This document shows, piece after piece, positions 47,022 to 55,928 of a DNA stretch of 64,000 bases. Each line of letters starts with the position of its first letter. Within the stretch, counting starts at the first letter, position 1. Where the stretch lies: contig CALUYT010000061.1 in assembly GCA_944325085.1 (NCBI GenBank), positions 29,241-93,240 on the forward strand, given 5' to 3'. The position numbers and the translations under genes were made by a program. The DNA is from Candidatus Gastranaerophilales bacterium (lineage in GTDB: Bacteria > Cyanobacteriota > Vampirovibrionia > Gastranaerophilales > Gastranaerophilaceae). The notes beneath the pieces were generated by a model. The model was not told the origin of the DNA. It ran no database searches and saw only the letters and a list, made by a program, of their open reading frames with translations.

Positions 47022-48095
47022 TTATTCAGCTGCAACTTCTTCTTTATTAATATCTTTTACACTCAATGCAATTCTGTGTTCTTGAGGTGTGAATTTTTTA
47101 ATTAATACTTCAATGCTATCTCCAACTTTGTATTTGTTGAATGGGTTAACATTTTCTTCAGCCATTTCAGATACTGGTAATAAAGCTTCTACGCCAGGGA
47201 AGATGTTGATGAATGCACCAAATCCTGTTACTTTATTAACTGTTCCTGTAATAACTTGGCCTTCTGCAAATTGACCTTCAATTTGTTGCCATGGATCTTC
47301 ACCCATTCTTTTTAGTGATAATGAAATTCTTTTTAATTCGTTATCAATTTTGATGATTTTAACTTCAATAGTTTCACCTAATGAAATTACATCTGATGGG
47401 TGTTTAATTCTTTGCCAAGAAATTTCTGAAATAGGTAATAAACCGTCGATACCATTGATGTCAACAAATGCACCAAAATCAGCAATTCTTACAACTTCCC
47501 CTTTTACTACTTGGTCTTCTTGTAATTCTGCTAAAATGTTATCAACAACTTGGTCACGTTGTTCAGCTACTGCTTGTCTTTGTGAAAGTATAAGTTTATT
47601 TTTCTTAGGATCAGCTTCTAATACTTTTACTTCGATTTTTTGATCTAATAAACCATCAAATGGAGTACCAGTTCTTAATTGAGATGATGGAATGAAACCT
47701 TTTAAGTCTGCTACATCTACTAATACGCCACCTTTAACAACTGAAACAACTTTTGCAAGGATTGTATCACCTTGAACTTTTGCATCGTTAAGTTGTGCCC
47801 AAGCTTGTGCAAATGCAAGTCTTTTTAATGATAATAGCATACCTTCTTCATCATGTTCTTCTTTTAATACGTAAAATTCTTTAATATCGCCTACTTCAAG
47901 AGGTGAAGCTTCTTCTGCTGATGAGATTTCTTTGTTTGGTAAGAATGCTTCTGTTTTTGCTCCTCTTACGCTAATTAAATATCCATCTTGATCTTTCTTT
48001 AATACAGTACCTTCTACGATATCGGCTACTGAATGTCCGTTTGAAAAGCTTTCTTCTAATAACTTTTCAAATTCATCTAATGTTGCTTGTGTCAT
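47022..48095 (-). CDS. rpsA: 30S ribosomal protein S1 (four S1 domains)
   Basis: Four repeats of the S1 OB motif (G.V..V...G..V.....GF.P.S). 357 aa. Confidence 0.9.
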   Translation of the reverse strand: MTQATLDEFEKLLEESFSNGHSVADIVEGTVLKKDQDGYLISVRGAKTEAFLPNKEISSAEEASPLEVGDIKEFYVLKEEHDEEGMLLSLKRLAFAQAWAQLNDAKVQGDTILAKVVSVVKGGVLVDVADLKGFIPSSQLRTGTPFDGLLDQKIEVKVLEADPKKNKLILSQRQAVAEQRDQVVDNILAELQEDQVVKGEVVRIADFGAFVDINGIDGLLPISEISWQRIKHPSDVISLGETIEVKIIKIDNELKRISLSLKRMGEDPWQQIEGQFAEGQVITGTVNKVTGFGAFINIFPGVEALLPVSEMAEENVNPFNKYKVGDSIEVLIKKFTPQEHRIALSVKDINKEEVAAE

Positions 48096-48098
48096 TTT

Positions 48099-48971
48099 TT
48101 ATTCTCCTTTTCCGTTTATTTTTTTAATGACTTTTTCTATTACATTGTCAGGAGTTGATGCTCCTGCTGTGATTGATATTTTTTGCGAAGCTTCAATCAG
48201 TTCTTCGTATTTATCTAATTCTTTTTCTGTTTCTATATGAATTGTTTTTGTTATGTCTTTTAATATTTCTGCTAAATGTGTTGTGTTGGCGCTTTTCTTG
48301 GAACCTACAACTATCATTAAATCACTATCTTTAGCAAGCTCAATTGCTTCTGATTGTCGCATTGAAGTGCTTTGACATATTGTGTTTGCAATGCGTAATT
48401 CTTTTGCTAAGCTTGTTAGATAGGTTACTATTTCATTCAATGTAGAAATCATTTGTGTTGTTTGAACTACAACTCCTATTTTTTTATGAGTTTTTAGTCC
48501 GTTTGCATAAGGTTGAATTTGTTCTATTGTATCTGCAACTATAACATTTGAGCTGTATTGTAAAGCATTAGCTTTAATTGCAATTACTTCAGGGTGTTGA
48601 GCTTTGCCAACAATAACCAAATAATAGTTTTCTTTAGCAAGTTCAATTGCTTGTTGTTGTACCTTTTTTACATCAGGACATGTTAAATCAAAAACTTCAA
48701 ATCCGGCTTGTTCTATTTGTTTAAAGACTTCTGGACTTTCTCCATGGCTTCTTACAACACAAACACCACTTCCTTTTTTAGGTAGTGTGTGTATTGATTT
48801 TATTCCCATTTTGTCTAATTCTTCAATAACTTGCGTATTATGAATTAATTCTCCTAATACACAAATTTCTCTTTGTGGGTTTTCCAGTTTTAATTTTTTT
48901 ACGGTTTCAACTGCTCTTTTTACACCGTAACAAAAACCTGCAAATTTTGCTAATCTAATTTCTTTCGGCAA
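48099..48971 (-). CDS. ispH: 4-hydroxy-3-methylbut-2-enyl diphosphate reductase
   Basis: N-terminal GFCYGVKRAV, and three Cys contexts (CYG, LTCPDV, TICQST). 290 aa. Stop is 3 nt before the rpsA start. Confidence 0.9.
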   Translation of the reverse strand: MPKEIRLAKFAGFCYGVKRAVETVKKLKLENPQREICVLGELIHNTQVIEELDKMGIKSIHTLPKKGSGVCVVRSHGESPEVFKQIEQAGFEVFDLTCPDVKKVQQQAIELAKENYYLVIVGKAQHPEVIAIKANALQYSSNVIVADTIEQIQPYANGLKTHKKIGVVVQTTQMISTLNEIVTYLTSLAKELRIANTICQSTSMRQSEAIELAKDSDLMIVVGSKKSANTTHLAEILKDITKTIHIETEKELDKYEELIEASQKISITAGASTPDNVIEKVIKKINGKGE

Positions 48972-49063
48972 TGTTTAATTGTCTTCTTTCAAATGAACTC
49001 GCAGAAAATTTCTGCTGTAATATGATTACAACATAAAAATTTTCTAAAAGCAAGCCGTATAAT

Positions 49064-52000
49064 CTATGCTTTGTATATAAAAGGTCCTTTTTTATTTATT
49101 CTTTTTAGAGGTCTTTTATTTGCGAATTTATTCGAACCAAGTGATATTCCAGAATATTCTTCACCATAGTTGTCTGCAAATGTTGGTTCTGTTGCAACAG
49201 CTTGTTTGTTATATTCTTGGTACCATGCACTTGAACCAGGGATTGCTGCTGTTGCTGGTGATGGATTTTCACTTACTGGTGATACTTCTTCATATTCTTC
49301 ATATGTATTATTACTTACACCTGCAAATGTTTCTTTTCTTCTGATTATAGTTCCATCATTTAACATTTTGCTAGTTTCATTATCTTCAAGCTTTTTGTCT
49401 GGATTTATTGTGTCTGTTTCTTCTGTTTTTTTATTGTTATTATTAACCTCATTATTGTTTGTGTTTATATTTTGTCTGTTTGTTGCTTGAGATGTAAGAG
49501 GATCGATTTCATTTTGGCTTTTTTTGCTTCCTGTATTATTTCTAAGTTCTATTAATTTTTCTCTTTCATCTAGTGATAAATATTGTAAATAACTTGAAAA
49601 TGAGGTATTACTCATTGATGACATATTTTTTATTAAAAATGCGTATAAAATTTTGTGATCAATGTCATTGTAATTTGAAATTTTACCAGCAGAAATCATT
49701 GCAATAATGTCATCTGTTGGTAGTAAGCCTAGTAATTCTGTTTTTATCTTTTGGTTGTTACAGTGTGTATAGAGTTTCTTAATAATACTTGAATCACTTT
49801 TCATACTGTTTACAAACGAACGGATACTGTCAGAAGTTCCATTACTTGCAAGTATTTCTAAGAATTTATCTTGTGCTTGGGTGCCGTATTTGTCCATTAT
49901 AATTGTATATATTGCATTAATGTTTTTCCCGGCTTTTTTGAATACTTGTTTTATTTTGTCTTTTTCTGTTATTGTTAATTCTTCAATGTTATTTAGTTCT
50001 TTTTCAATAACTTGGATATCTTCTTCTGTTATTGCAGTATTTTTAGCGTTTTCTTCTGCAATTTCTTTTTCAATTTTTTCTTGAGTTTTTGCAAGGTTTT
50101 CTTTTAGTGCTTCTTTTTTGTCATTTAATGCTTTTGTTGTTTCATTGTTTATTTTTTCTGTATTATAAGATATTGTTGAAGCTTCTGATTTATTTTTCTC
50201 AGCTTTTATTGGAGAATCTGATATACTTGTTATTTTTTCAGTTTGATTATTGTAGGAGGTTTTGTTTGTTTCGCCAAATGAATTTGTATAATCATTGGTT
50301 GGGGCTGAAGATGCATTAGTTTTATTCAAAATCTCTTGATTTTGATTATTTGTATAATCTATGTTTGTGTTGTTGTCATAGTTATTTGTGTCTGTCTCTT
50401 TTGGAGTTGTTTGAGATAATGTATTTTGTGTAATCTCACCGGTTTGCATTGCAGAACGAATGTTTTGCTGTTGTTGAGGTGGATAATTTTCTAATGCTTG
50501 TTCAATATATGAGTTGTATTTATTTAATAAGTCAGGATTTTCAATAGAATCAGATCCGGCAGCTAAACCTTCTGTTACTGCAGGATTATTGATTTTTGAA
50601 AGTTCTTTAGAATAATTTATTCTAATATTATCATTTTGGGCAGTTTCAATTAATGCTTCTGTAAATATTGCTTTTGAGCCATCTGCAACTTCATCAGACA
50701 TGTTGAACCCACGTGCTAATTCTATTGCTTCTTCAGTTGATACAAAATCTGTGTTATTCCAGCTTGCTGCTACATCTTCGCTATATTTTTTATCAAGTTT
50801 AGCTACTTCAACACCAAATTTTAGTCTTTCTGTCTGGTCTTCTATATATTCTGGAGTAAGATGTATTGTTTTTGAGACTGCATTTTCTTTGCCATGTTTA
50901 TGTAAGATTCTTGTATTTAAAGTAACGCTATCCGTATCTTTGTTCATTAATGCACTAGCAGTATTTTTTATTGCCCCAGAAGTATCTATATATTGGGTAA
51001 GTTCATCTTCTGAAATTTGTAAACATTTGGCTAAGTTGTTTATTGTTTTTTGCTCATTACAAGATTTGAATAGACCCTTGATTAAGTTTCTTCCTTCTGG
51101 GGTGTTTTTAAGTTCAAGTGGATTTTCTAAATTGTTATCTTGAGCAATTTGAGTTAAATACTTATTATAATCTCCGTCAAATTTTTCTAATTCTTTTTCG
51201 ACATTATATAAACTAGGAGCATTTTTATAGTCTGCTGCCTCTGGGGCTATTTCTATTTGAAGTTGAAGGTTCTCTAATACTTTTTGTTCAGCCTCACTAA
51301 GAGTTCCTGTTTTAGCTTTTTCTTCCAAAGTTTTAATCATGTCTTTGTTTGATACATTCATTTCGCCAGTTCTTATTGCTGTATCATACATAACTTTTAA
51401 TTCAGGAGTAATTTCTATAGTATTTTCCTCTGAATAGACATATATATCGTTAACTCTTTCTTGAATTGATTGTTTTGAGTATTCCTGTAATGACTTGCCA
51501 GAATATTTCATTGCAGCTATTTCGGTTGCAAAGTTACATTTTCTTATGTATTTGTCCTCAGGTGAATATTTATCCCAATCAGGATACATTTGTTTTGCAA
51601 TATGATCGCTCCATTGTTCTCTAATTTTTTCTTTTTTATTTTGGGAATAGTATTTATATTTTGGATCAATTGTGATTATAAAATTATCAACTATTGTGTT
51701 AAATTTTTCGATTTCAGTTGAGTTTTTCCACTTTTCAGAAGATACATTAATTGATGTATCTTGTAATAATGAGTTTACTAAATTTTCACTGTATTTTTGT
51801 ATTATTTTGTTTAGGTGTTCTGAACTTGTATTGGTAAGTACATCTTTTATAGAAAGTCCCTCTTGTTCAGCTAATTCAATTTTTACAGCAGTTACTTGAC
51901 GTTGGAATCTTTTTTGCTCTGCTGTAAGTTCATTCCAATTAGGTACGGTTTGTTTTCCTATTTGGTCATAAAAATCAATTCTTAGGGTTTTTTGTAGTGC

Positions 52001-52684
52001 TTTAGGAAATTTATCATAGTTTTCAACATTTTTACGTAAAAAAGCATCTGCTCTTTCTTTTAGTTTTTCTTGTGGTGATAAATTTTTCCATTCTTCACTT
52101 TGAAGTTTTTCTTTTGGTATTAAATTATCCCAAGCATTTTTATCTTGGGTCATTACTTCAAGAATTTGTGCTCTAATTTTATCTGTTTGTTTAAAAGATT
52201 GTATGTATTTAAGCACATTTTTTTCTGTATCAGTAAGCTGATTTGTTGTTTTTGATATTAGTTTGTTGTAAATATCTTTAACACTTATACTTTTATCATA
52301 TGTTTTAAAATATTGCTCTATATCTTCTTTTTCTTCTTTGGTAATATTTGAAGTGTCAGTTTCTTCGGTTGTATTTGTTGTGTTTTGAGCATTTTTCTCT
52401 TCAGCAATATATGTTTTTGCTTGCTGTAATGTTGCTTTTAGGTCTTGTTCAGACATTGTAGGGAATTTCTTTTTCAATTGTTCCAATTGTTTTTCAGGAT
52501 CTAGTTTTTGAAATTCCTCATCATTTATTGTATTTAGTACAGGATCATTTTTTTTGTTTTCTTCAAAATCGATAGGTTTACTTTTTGCGGTGTCGTTTGT
52601 TTGAGAAGCAGAATTTGTACCGCCAACATTTGGGGTACCTTGTGCTCCTGGGTTAACTTTAAATCTATCGTTTAGTTCGCTCAT
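49064..52684 (-). CDS. Very large (1206 aa) acidic K/E/N/T-rich hypothetical protein with internal repeats
   Basis: Uninterrupted 3.6-kb ORF in AT-rich DNA. No signal peptide or TM. Trp-anchored repeats at aa 180-400, a Q/N/T low-complexity spacer, and a helical-looking C-terminal third. No recognisable family. Confidence 0.7.
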   Translation of the reverse strand: MSELNDRFKVNPGAQGTPNVGGTNSASQTNDTAKSKPIDFEENKKNDPVLNTINDEEFQKLDPEKQLEQLKKKFPTMSEQDLKATLQQAKTYIAEEKNAQNTTNTTEETDTSNITKEEKEDIEQYFKTYDKSISVKDIYNKLISKTTNQLTDTEKNVLKYIQSFKQTDKIRAQILEVMTQDKNAWDNLIPKEKLQSEEWKNLSPQEKLKERADAFLRKNVENYDKFPKALQKTLRIDFYDQIGKQTVPNWNELTAEQKRFQRQVTAVKIELAEQEGLSIKDVLTNTSSEHLNKIIQKYSENLVNSLLQDTSINVSSEKWKNSTEIEKFNTIVDNFIITIDPKYKYYSQNKKEKIREQWSDHIAKQMYPDWDKYSPEDKYIRKCNFATEIAAMKYSGKSLQEYSKQSIQERVNDIYVYSEENTIEITPELKVMYDTAIRTGEMNVSNKDMIKTLEEKAKTGTLSEAEQKVLENLQLQIEIAPEAADYKNAPSLYNVEKELEKFDGDYNKYLTQIAQDNNLENPLELKNTPEGRNLIKGLFKSCNEQKTINNLAKCLQISEDELTQYIDTSGAIKNTASALMNKDTDSVTLNTRILHKHGKENAVSKTIHLTPEYIEDQTERLKFGVEVAKLDKKYSEDVAASWNNTDFVSTEEAIELARGFNMSDEVADGSKAIFTEALIETAQNDNIRINYSKELSKINNPAVTEGLAAGSDSIENPDLLNKYNSYIEQALENYPPQQQQNIRSAMQTGEITQNTLSQTTPKETDTNNYDNNTNIDYTNNQNQEILNKTNASSAPTNDYTNSFGETNKTSYNNQTEKITSISDSPIKAEKNKSEASTISYNTEKINNETTKALNDKKEALKENLAKTQEKIEKEIAEENAKNTAITEEDIQVIEKELNNIEELTITEKDKIKQVFKKAGKNINAIYTIIMDKYGTQAQDKFLEILASNGTSDSIRSFVNSMKSDSSIIKKLYTHCNNQKIKTELLGLLPTDDIIAMISAGKISNYNDIDHKILYAFLIKNMSSMSNTSFSSYLQYLSLDEREKLIELRNNTGSKKSQNEIDPLTSQATNRQNINTNNNEVNNNNKKTEETDTINPDKKLEDNETSKMLNDGTIIRRKETFAGVSNNTYEEYEEVSPVSENPSPATAAIPGSSAWYQEYNKQAVATEPTFADNYGEEYSGISLGSNKFANKRPLKRINKKGPFIYKA

Positions 52685-52783
52685 CTTTATTTCTCTGTTT
52701 AACTATAATTTGTTAAAAACATGATTTTTTCCAGTTTTTCAAACGTTTTAAAATCTGTTACAAATCTTAATTAACAAATTATG

Positions 52784-53563
52784 TTATTTCATTTGATACA
52801 TTTTTGATGTCGTTGGTTTTTCTAACTCTGGCGTATTTACATGAATATACATTTTTGCAACTCTATCTAGCGGTTTATATTCATAATCGCCCAGAATCAT
52901 TCCTAGTATAGTATTTGCTATATCATTTGGTAGTTTTATCTCTCTTGTTTTTACTATTCTGTTATTTCCATTCTTATCACATGTAATTTCGGATATTACA
53001 GCACCTACAAAACTGTCATCTCCAAGATTGTGATATACAAATTTTTGCATTAAAGGTGGTCTATTTTGGTCTCTTCCTTCAATAATTACAGGTTTAAAGT
53101 CCTCTGGAACAAAATAAACACTTGATACTACATCTTTTGTTCTTCCACCACTAAATGGATCTGCAAAGTACATTGTGTAATTTTTACCTTCAGCTTTAAA
53201 ATCTTCTTGATAGTGGATTTTTGCGCGTTTTAAAGCTACAGGTAAGTTATTTGTATCAATTGCTTCTGCTTCCATATAATTAAAAGTATTTTCCATATCA
53301 ATTTCATCTGATGGATTGGCTACAACTTCTGTCATTGCAATTGCATTTTCAGGATTTATTACTATAGGTTGTTTTCCATTCATCATTCCTGGGGTCATCG
53401 CCATTAAAACTATTACCGGTACGGTTGCCATTTTGTTTGAGTGTCTTGGTGATGTATTTTCGTATAAATTATTTTCTGAATCTTTAGATTTTCTTCCAGT
53501 AAAATTGACCATATTGTTATAATTTTGTTTAACACTAATGCAGTTAATAGGTGATATTGCCAT
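52784..53563 (-). CDS. Hypothetical protein with one internal hydrophobic helix
   Basis: 259 aa. AAGGAG lies 7 nt before the ATG. Polar 43-aa head, helix ATVPVIVLMAMTPGMM, then a ~200-aa domain. No family recognised. Confidence 0.6.
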   Translation of the reverse strand: MAISPINCISVKQNYNNMVNFTGRKSKDSENNLYENTSPRHSNKMATVPVIVLMAMTPGMMNGKQPIVINPENAIAMTEVVANPSDEIDMENTFNYMEAEAIDTNNLPVALKRAKIHYQEDFKAEGKNYTMYFADPFSGGRTKDVVSSVYFVPEDFKPVIIEGRDQNRPPLMQKFVYHNLGDDSFVGAVISEITCDKNGNNRIVKTREIKLPNDIANTILGMILGDYEYKPLDRVAKMYIHVNTPELEKPTTSKMYQMK

Positions 53564-53644
53564 ACTAACACTCCTTTTTTGTATTCAATTTTTAATTGAG
53601 GGCTAACCCCTTAACCCTTTCACACTAACTCTTATTCAACTACG

Positions 53645-53673
53645 ATTATAGCAGTTGTTTGAGGTTTTGTAAA
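53645..53673 (-). promoter_or_regulatory. Sigma-70-type promoter candidate for the 259-aa gene
   Basis: Minus strand reads TTTACA-N17-TATAAT (-35 at 53673..53668, -10 at 53650..53645), about 80 nt upstream of the ATG at 53563. Confidence 0.4.
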
Positions 53674-53728
53674 GATATATTTAATCTTATGCTTTGTATA
53701 AATGCAGAATTGTGTAAAATTTTGCTAT

Positions 53729-53756
53729 ATATCGGGTAAAGGTTTTACATTTTTTA
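53729..53756 (-). promoter_or_regulatory. Sigma-28 (FliA)-like promoter candidate upstream of the 259-aa gene
   Basis: Minus strand reads TAAA-N16-CCCGATAT. The -10 matches 7 of 8 positions of GCCGATAT. The spacer is one longer than the canonical N15. The TAAA overlaps the stop of the upstream gene. Confidence 0.3.
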
Positions 53757-54905
53757 AAATTTATCACTGTGTGATGTAATACCAAGAGTTTTATTATTAT
53801 CTATGTCTATGGTGTGTTTTATTATTGTATGAGCCATCAAAAGTAAGTATGGATTTATTTCCGTTGTTTGTGTCATATTTATATTTGCGGATTGTTTTTC
53901 ATTTTGCGTAGTTTTTATATTGTTGTTGGTATTAAATGATAGTACTGAATCCATTGCATAGTATTTTTGTTCTTTTTCCAAACGTAATAATAGTTCTTGT
54001 TTTGGAAATTCGTCTGAACATTCTATGTTAACTTGTACGGAATTTGATGTTTCAAGTATTATTGTTGCCTTTATTGTGCCAAAATTGATTGTATTAATTG
54101 TTATTACTAATATACTATCGCTTTCTTCTTTTGTTTCACTTTTTTGTTGTATTTCAAGGTCAAAACCAACTCCATCTTCTAGCGGTAACCAAGGTAGATA
54201 TAGCATTAAAAGAAGTTTTAGTGTTTTTTGCGGATTGTTTTCTGCAGCTATTGCAATGCTTGCATTTATTAGTTTGGCCATTTCTTTCATTTGTGAAAGA
54301 TCGGTTATTCCTGATTTTGAGGCTTCTGTCATTGACATTATAAGTTTTGTCAATGCTTCTTTACCATTCTTTTGCAAAAGTATTGATATATCTGAAAGGT
54401 TTATCATTCCGCCTGATAGTATTTCAAGTTTTTTTAATGAGGTTTGAAGTTGGTTTACAAGTTGAATATTAACCATTTCTTCATTCATTGTGGAATTTAG
54501 ACCTTGTAATTGAGCAAGAATTTGGGCTTGTAGTTGAGAAAGGTTATTTCTTTGTGCGGCAAGTTGATTTGCAAACATTTGGTTAAATTGTGCTTGGGTT
54601 AAGCCTCTTTGCAGCATATAGATAAATTCATTTACGTTACGAGGTAGTTGGAGCACTTCTTTTGCGTAAATTGCTCTATCCATATTCCTAAGAGTGTTTA
54701 ACTGTAAATTTTGTTCCAGATTTTTTGCTATTGTATTATTTTGTGCAGAATTTTGTGTTGTGGCTGCAGATGTTAATTCAGGATTTTTTCCAATATTATC
54801 TGCTACAGCTTTTTGCATAGCTGTATTTAGAGTGTTTTTAGCCGACAAGTTTTGTTGTGGATAATTAAAAGTATTTAAAAATCTTCTTAAATCAATACCT
54901 GACAT
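53754..54905 (-). CDS. Q/N-rich hypothetical protein, possibly with a FliK-like (hook-length control) C-terminal core
   Basis: 383 aa, no TM. Long Q/N/L-rich N-terminal half. Residues ~264-322 (LVITINTINFGTIKATIILETSNSVQVNIECSDEFPKQELLLRLEKEQ) follow the alternating pattern of the FliK core (L-x-L-x-P-x-x-LG-x-[VI]-x-[VI]...). Weak, by eye only. Confidence 0.55.
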   Translation of the reverse strand: MSGIDLRRFLNTFNYPQQNLSAKNTLNTAMQKAVADNIGKNPELTSAATTQNSAQNNTIAKNLEQNLQLNTLRNMDRAIYAKEVLQLPRNVNEFIYMLQRGLTQAQFNQMFANQLAAQRNNLSQLQAQILAQLQGLNSTMNEEMVNIQLVNQLQTSLKKLEILSGGMINLSDISILLQKNGKEALTKLIMSMTEASKSGITDLSQMKEMAKLINASIAIAAENNPQKTLKLLLMLYLPWLPLEDGVGFDLEIQQKSETKEESDSILVITINTINFGTIKATIILETSNSVQVNIECSDEFPKQELLLRLEKEQKYYAMDSVLSFNTNNNIKTTQNEKQSANINMTQTTEINPYLLLMAHTIIKHTIDIDNNKTLGITSHSDKF

Positions 54906-54937
54906 ACAAGTAATTTAACTGATTTTTTATTAAAAGT

Positions 54938-55915
54938 CTAGTTTTCCATTGGTAAATAGGACTGCGGATAATTATAATCTTCCAAAAATCCTAGATTTTT
55001 ATATAGTCTTAGTGCTTGTAAGTTATCAGTTTCAGTTGTGGTATTGATCTCTGTTAAAGGACTGTTATATTGAGAAATGGCTTTTAGTAAAAAGTCCATT
55101 GAATGTTTTAGCATTATTGTAGAGAGTCCTTTTCCTTGATGTTCTTGTTTAATTCCAACTAATGGAATATTTACTATAGAACCGCTTGTAAGGTTCATAA
55201 ATGCAAAACCTACGGCTTCGCCTTTGTATAAAAGTACACTTGTTGAATTTGGCATAAATTCTGCATAAACATCTTTTACAATTTTTGTGATGATATCTTG
55301 AGTGCCTTCTATCGTTCTAAATCTTGGATCAAATAATGCGTCAGAGCTATCTTTAAATGATTCTTGTATAACGTTAACCGCATCATCAAAATATTTGCTG
55401 TTCCAGGAAACAACTTCATAATCTTCAGGCAGTTTTACTACTCTTGCTCTTTCAAAGATGTTTCTTGATTCTTCTGAATTGAATTTGAATCTAAGAACTT
55501 CTATTCCAACAAATTTAAATCCTAATTTTGCGATAACGCTTATTAATGATTTTTGTTCTCCTAACATTGGATAACAAACAATTTTTTCGTGTCTTAGAGT
55601 TTTTGTAACGTCTAAGAATTTTACGAGTAATTCTCTTGCGTGTTCGTGAAAATCTGCTCTGTTGATTCCGTGTATAATATTTAATTCTACAGCTTCAGAT
55701 ATTGCTGTTGTATAAACTAAAAAAGCAATAGGTTTTTCTTCTTCATATAATACAATACATTTGATTAAATCTTTGTCTATAGCATCTAAAAAACCGTCAT
55801 AATCAAGCGGTTCTAATTCAAAATTATAGTCAGATGCTGCTTTTGAGCGAAAATCTTCATATAAATTTTCAAAACTTCCATATTCTGTAGCTGTTAAAAT
55901 CCTTGTATTATACAT
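54938..55915 (-). CDS. Tandem GNAT-domain N-acetyltransferase
   Basis: Acetyl-CoA motif VGIKQEHQGKGLSTIMLKH in the C-terminal half, with a second degenerate GNAT fold N-terminal to it. ATG 55915 avoids overlap with ribBA. The ORF track extends to 55966. Confidence 0.75.
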   Translation of the reverse strand: MYNTRILTATEYGSFENLYEDFRSKAASDYNFELEPLDYDGFLDAIDKDLIKCIVLYEEEKPIAFLVYTTAISEAVELNIIHGINRADFHEHARELLVKFLDVTKTLRHEKIVCYPMLGEQKSLISVIAKLGFKFVGIEVLRFKFNSEESRNIFERARVVKLPEDYEVVSWNSKYFDDAVNVIQESFKDSSDALFDPRFRTIEGTQDIITKIVKDVYAEFMPNSTSVLLYKGEAVGFAFMNLTSGSIVNIPLVGIKQEHQGKGLSTIMLKHSMDFLLKAISQYNSPLTEINTTTETDNLQALRLYKNLGFLEDYNYPQSYLPMEN

Positions 55916-55928
55916 TAAATGTACTCCT

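Noticed and set aside
50700-51143. 147-aa plus-strand ORF, plus several shorter ones between 49120 and 51899, inside the 1206-aa gene
   Set aside because: All are antisense to one uninterrupted 3.6-kb frame. Their S/L/F-rich composition marks them as mirror-frame artefacts.
54025-54447. 140-aa and 81-aa plus-strand ORFs inside the 383-aa gene
   Set aside because: They are antisense frames of a longer ORF and have no ribosome-binding sites.
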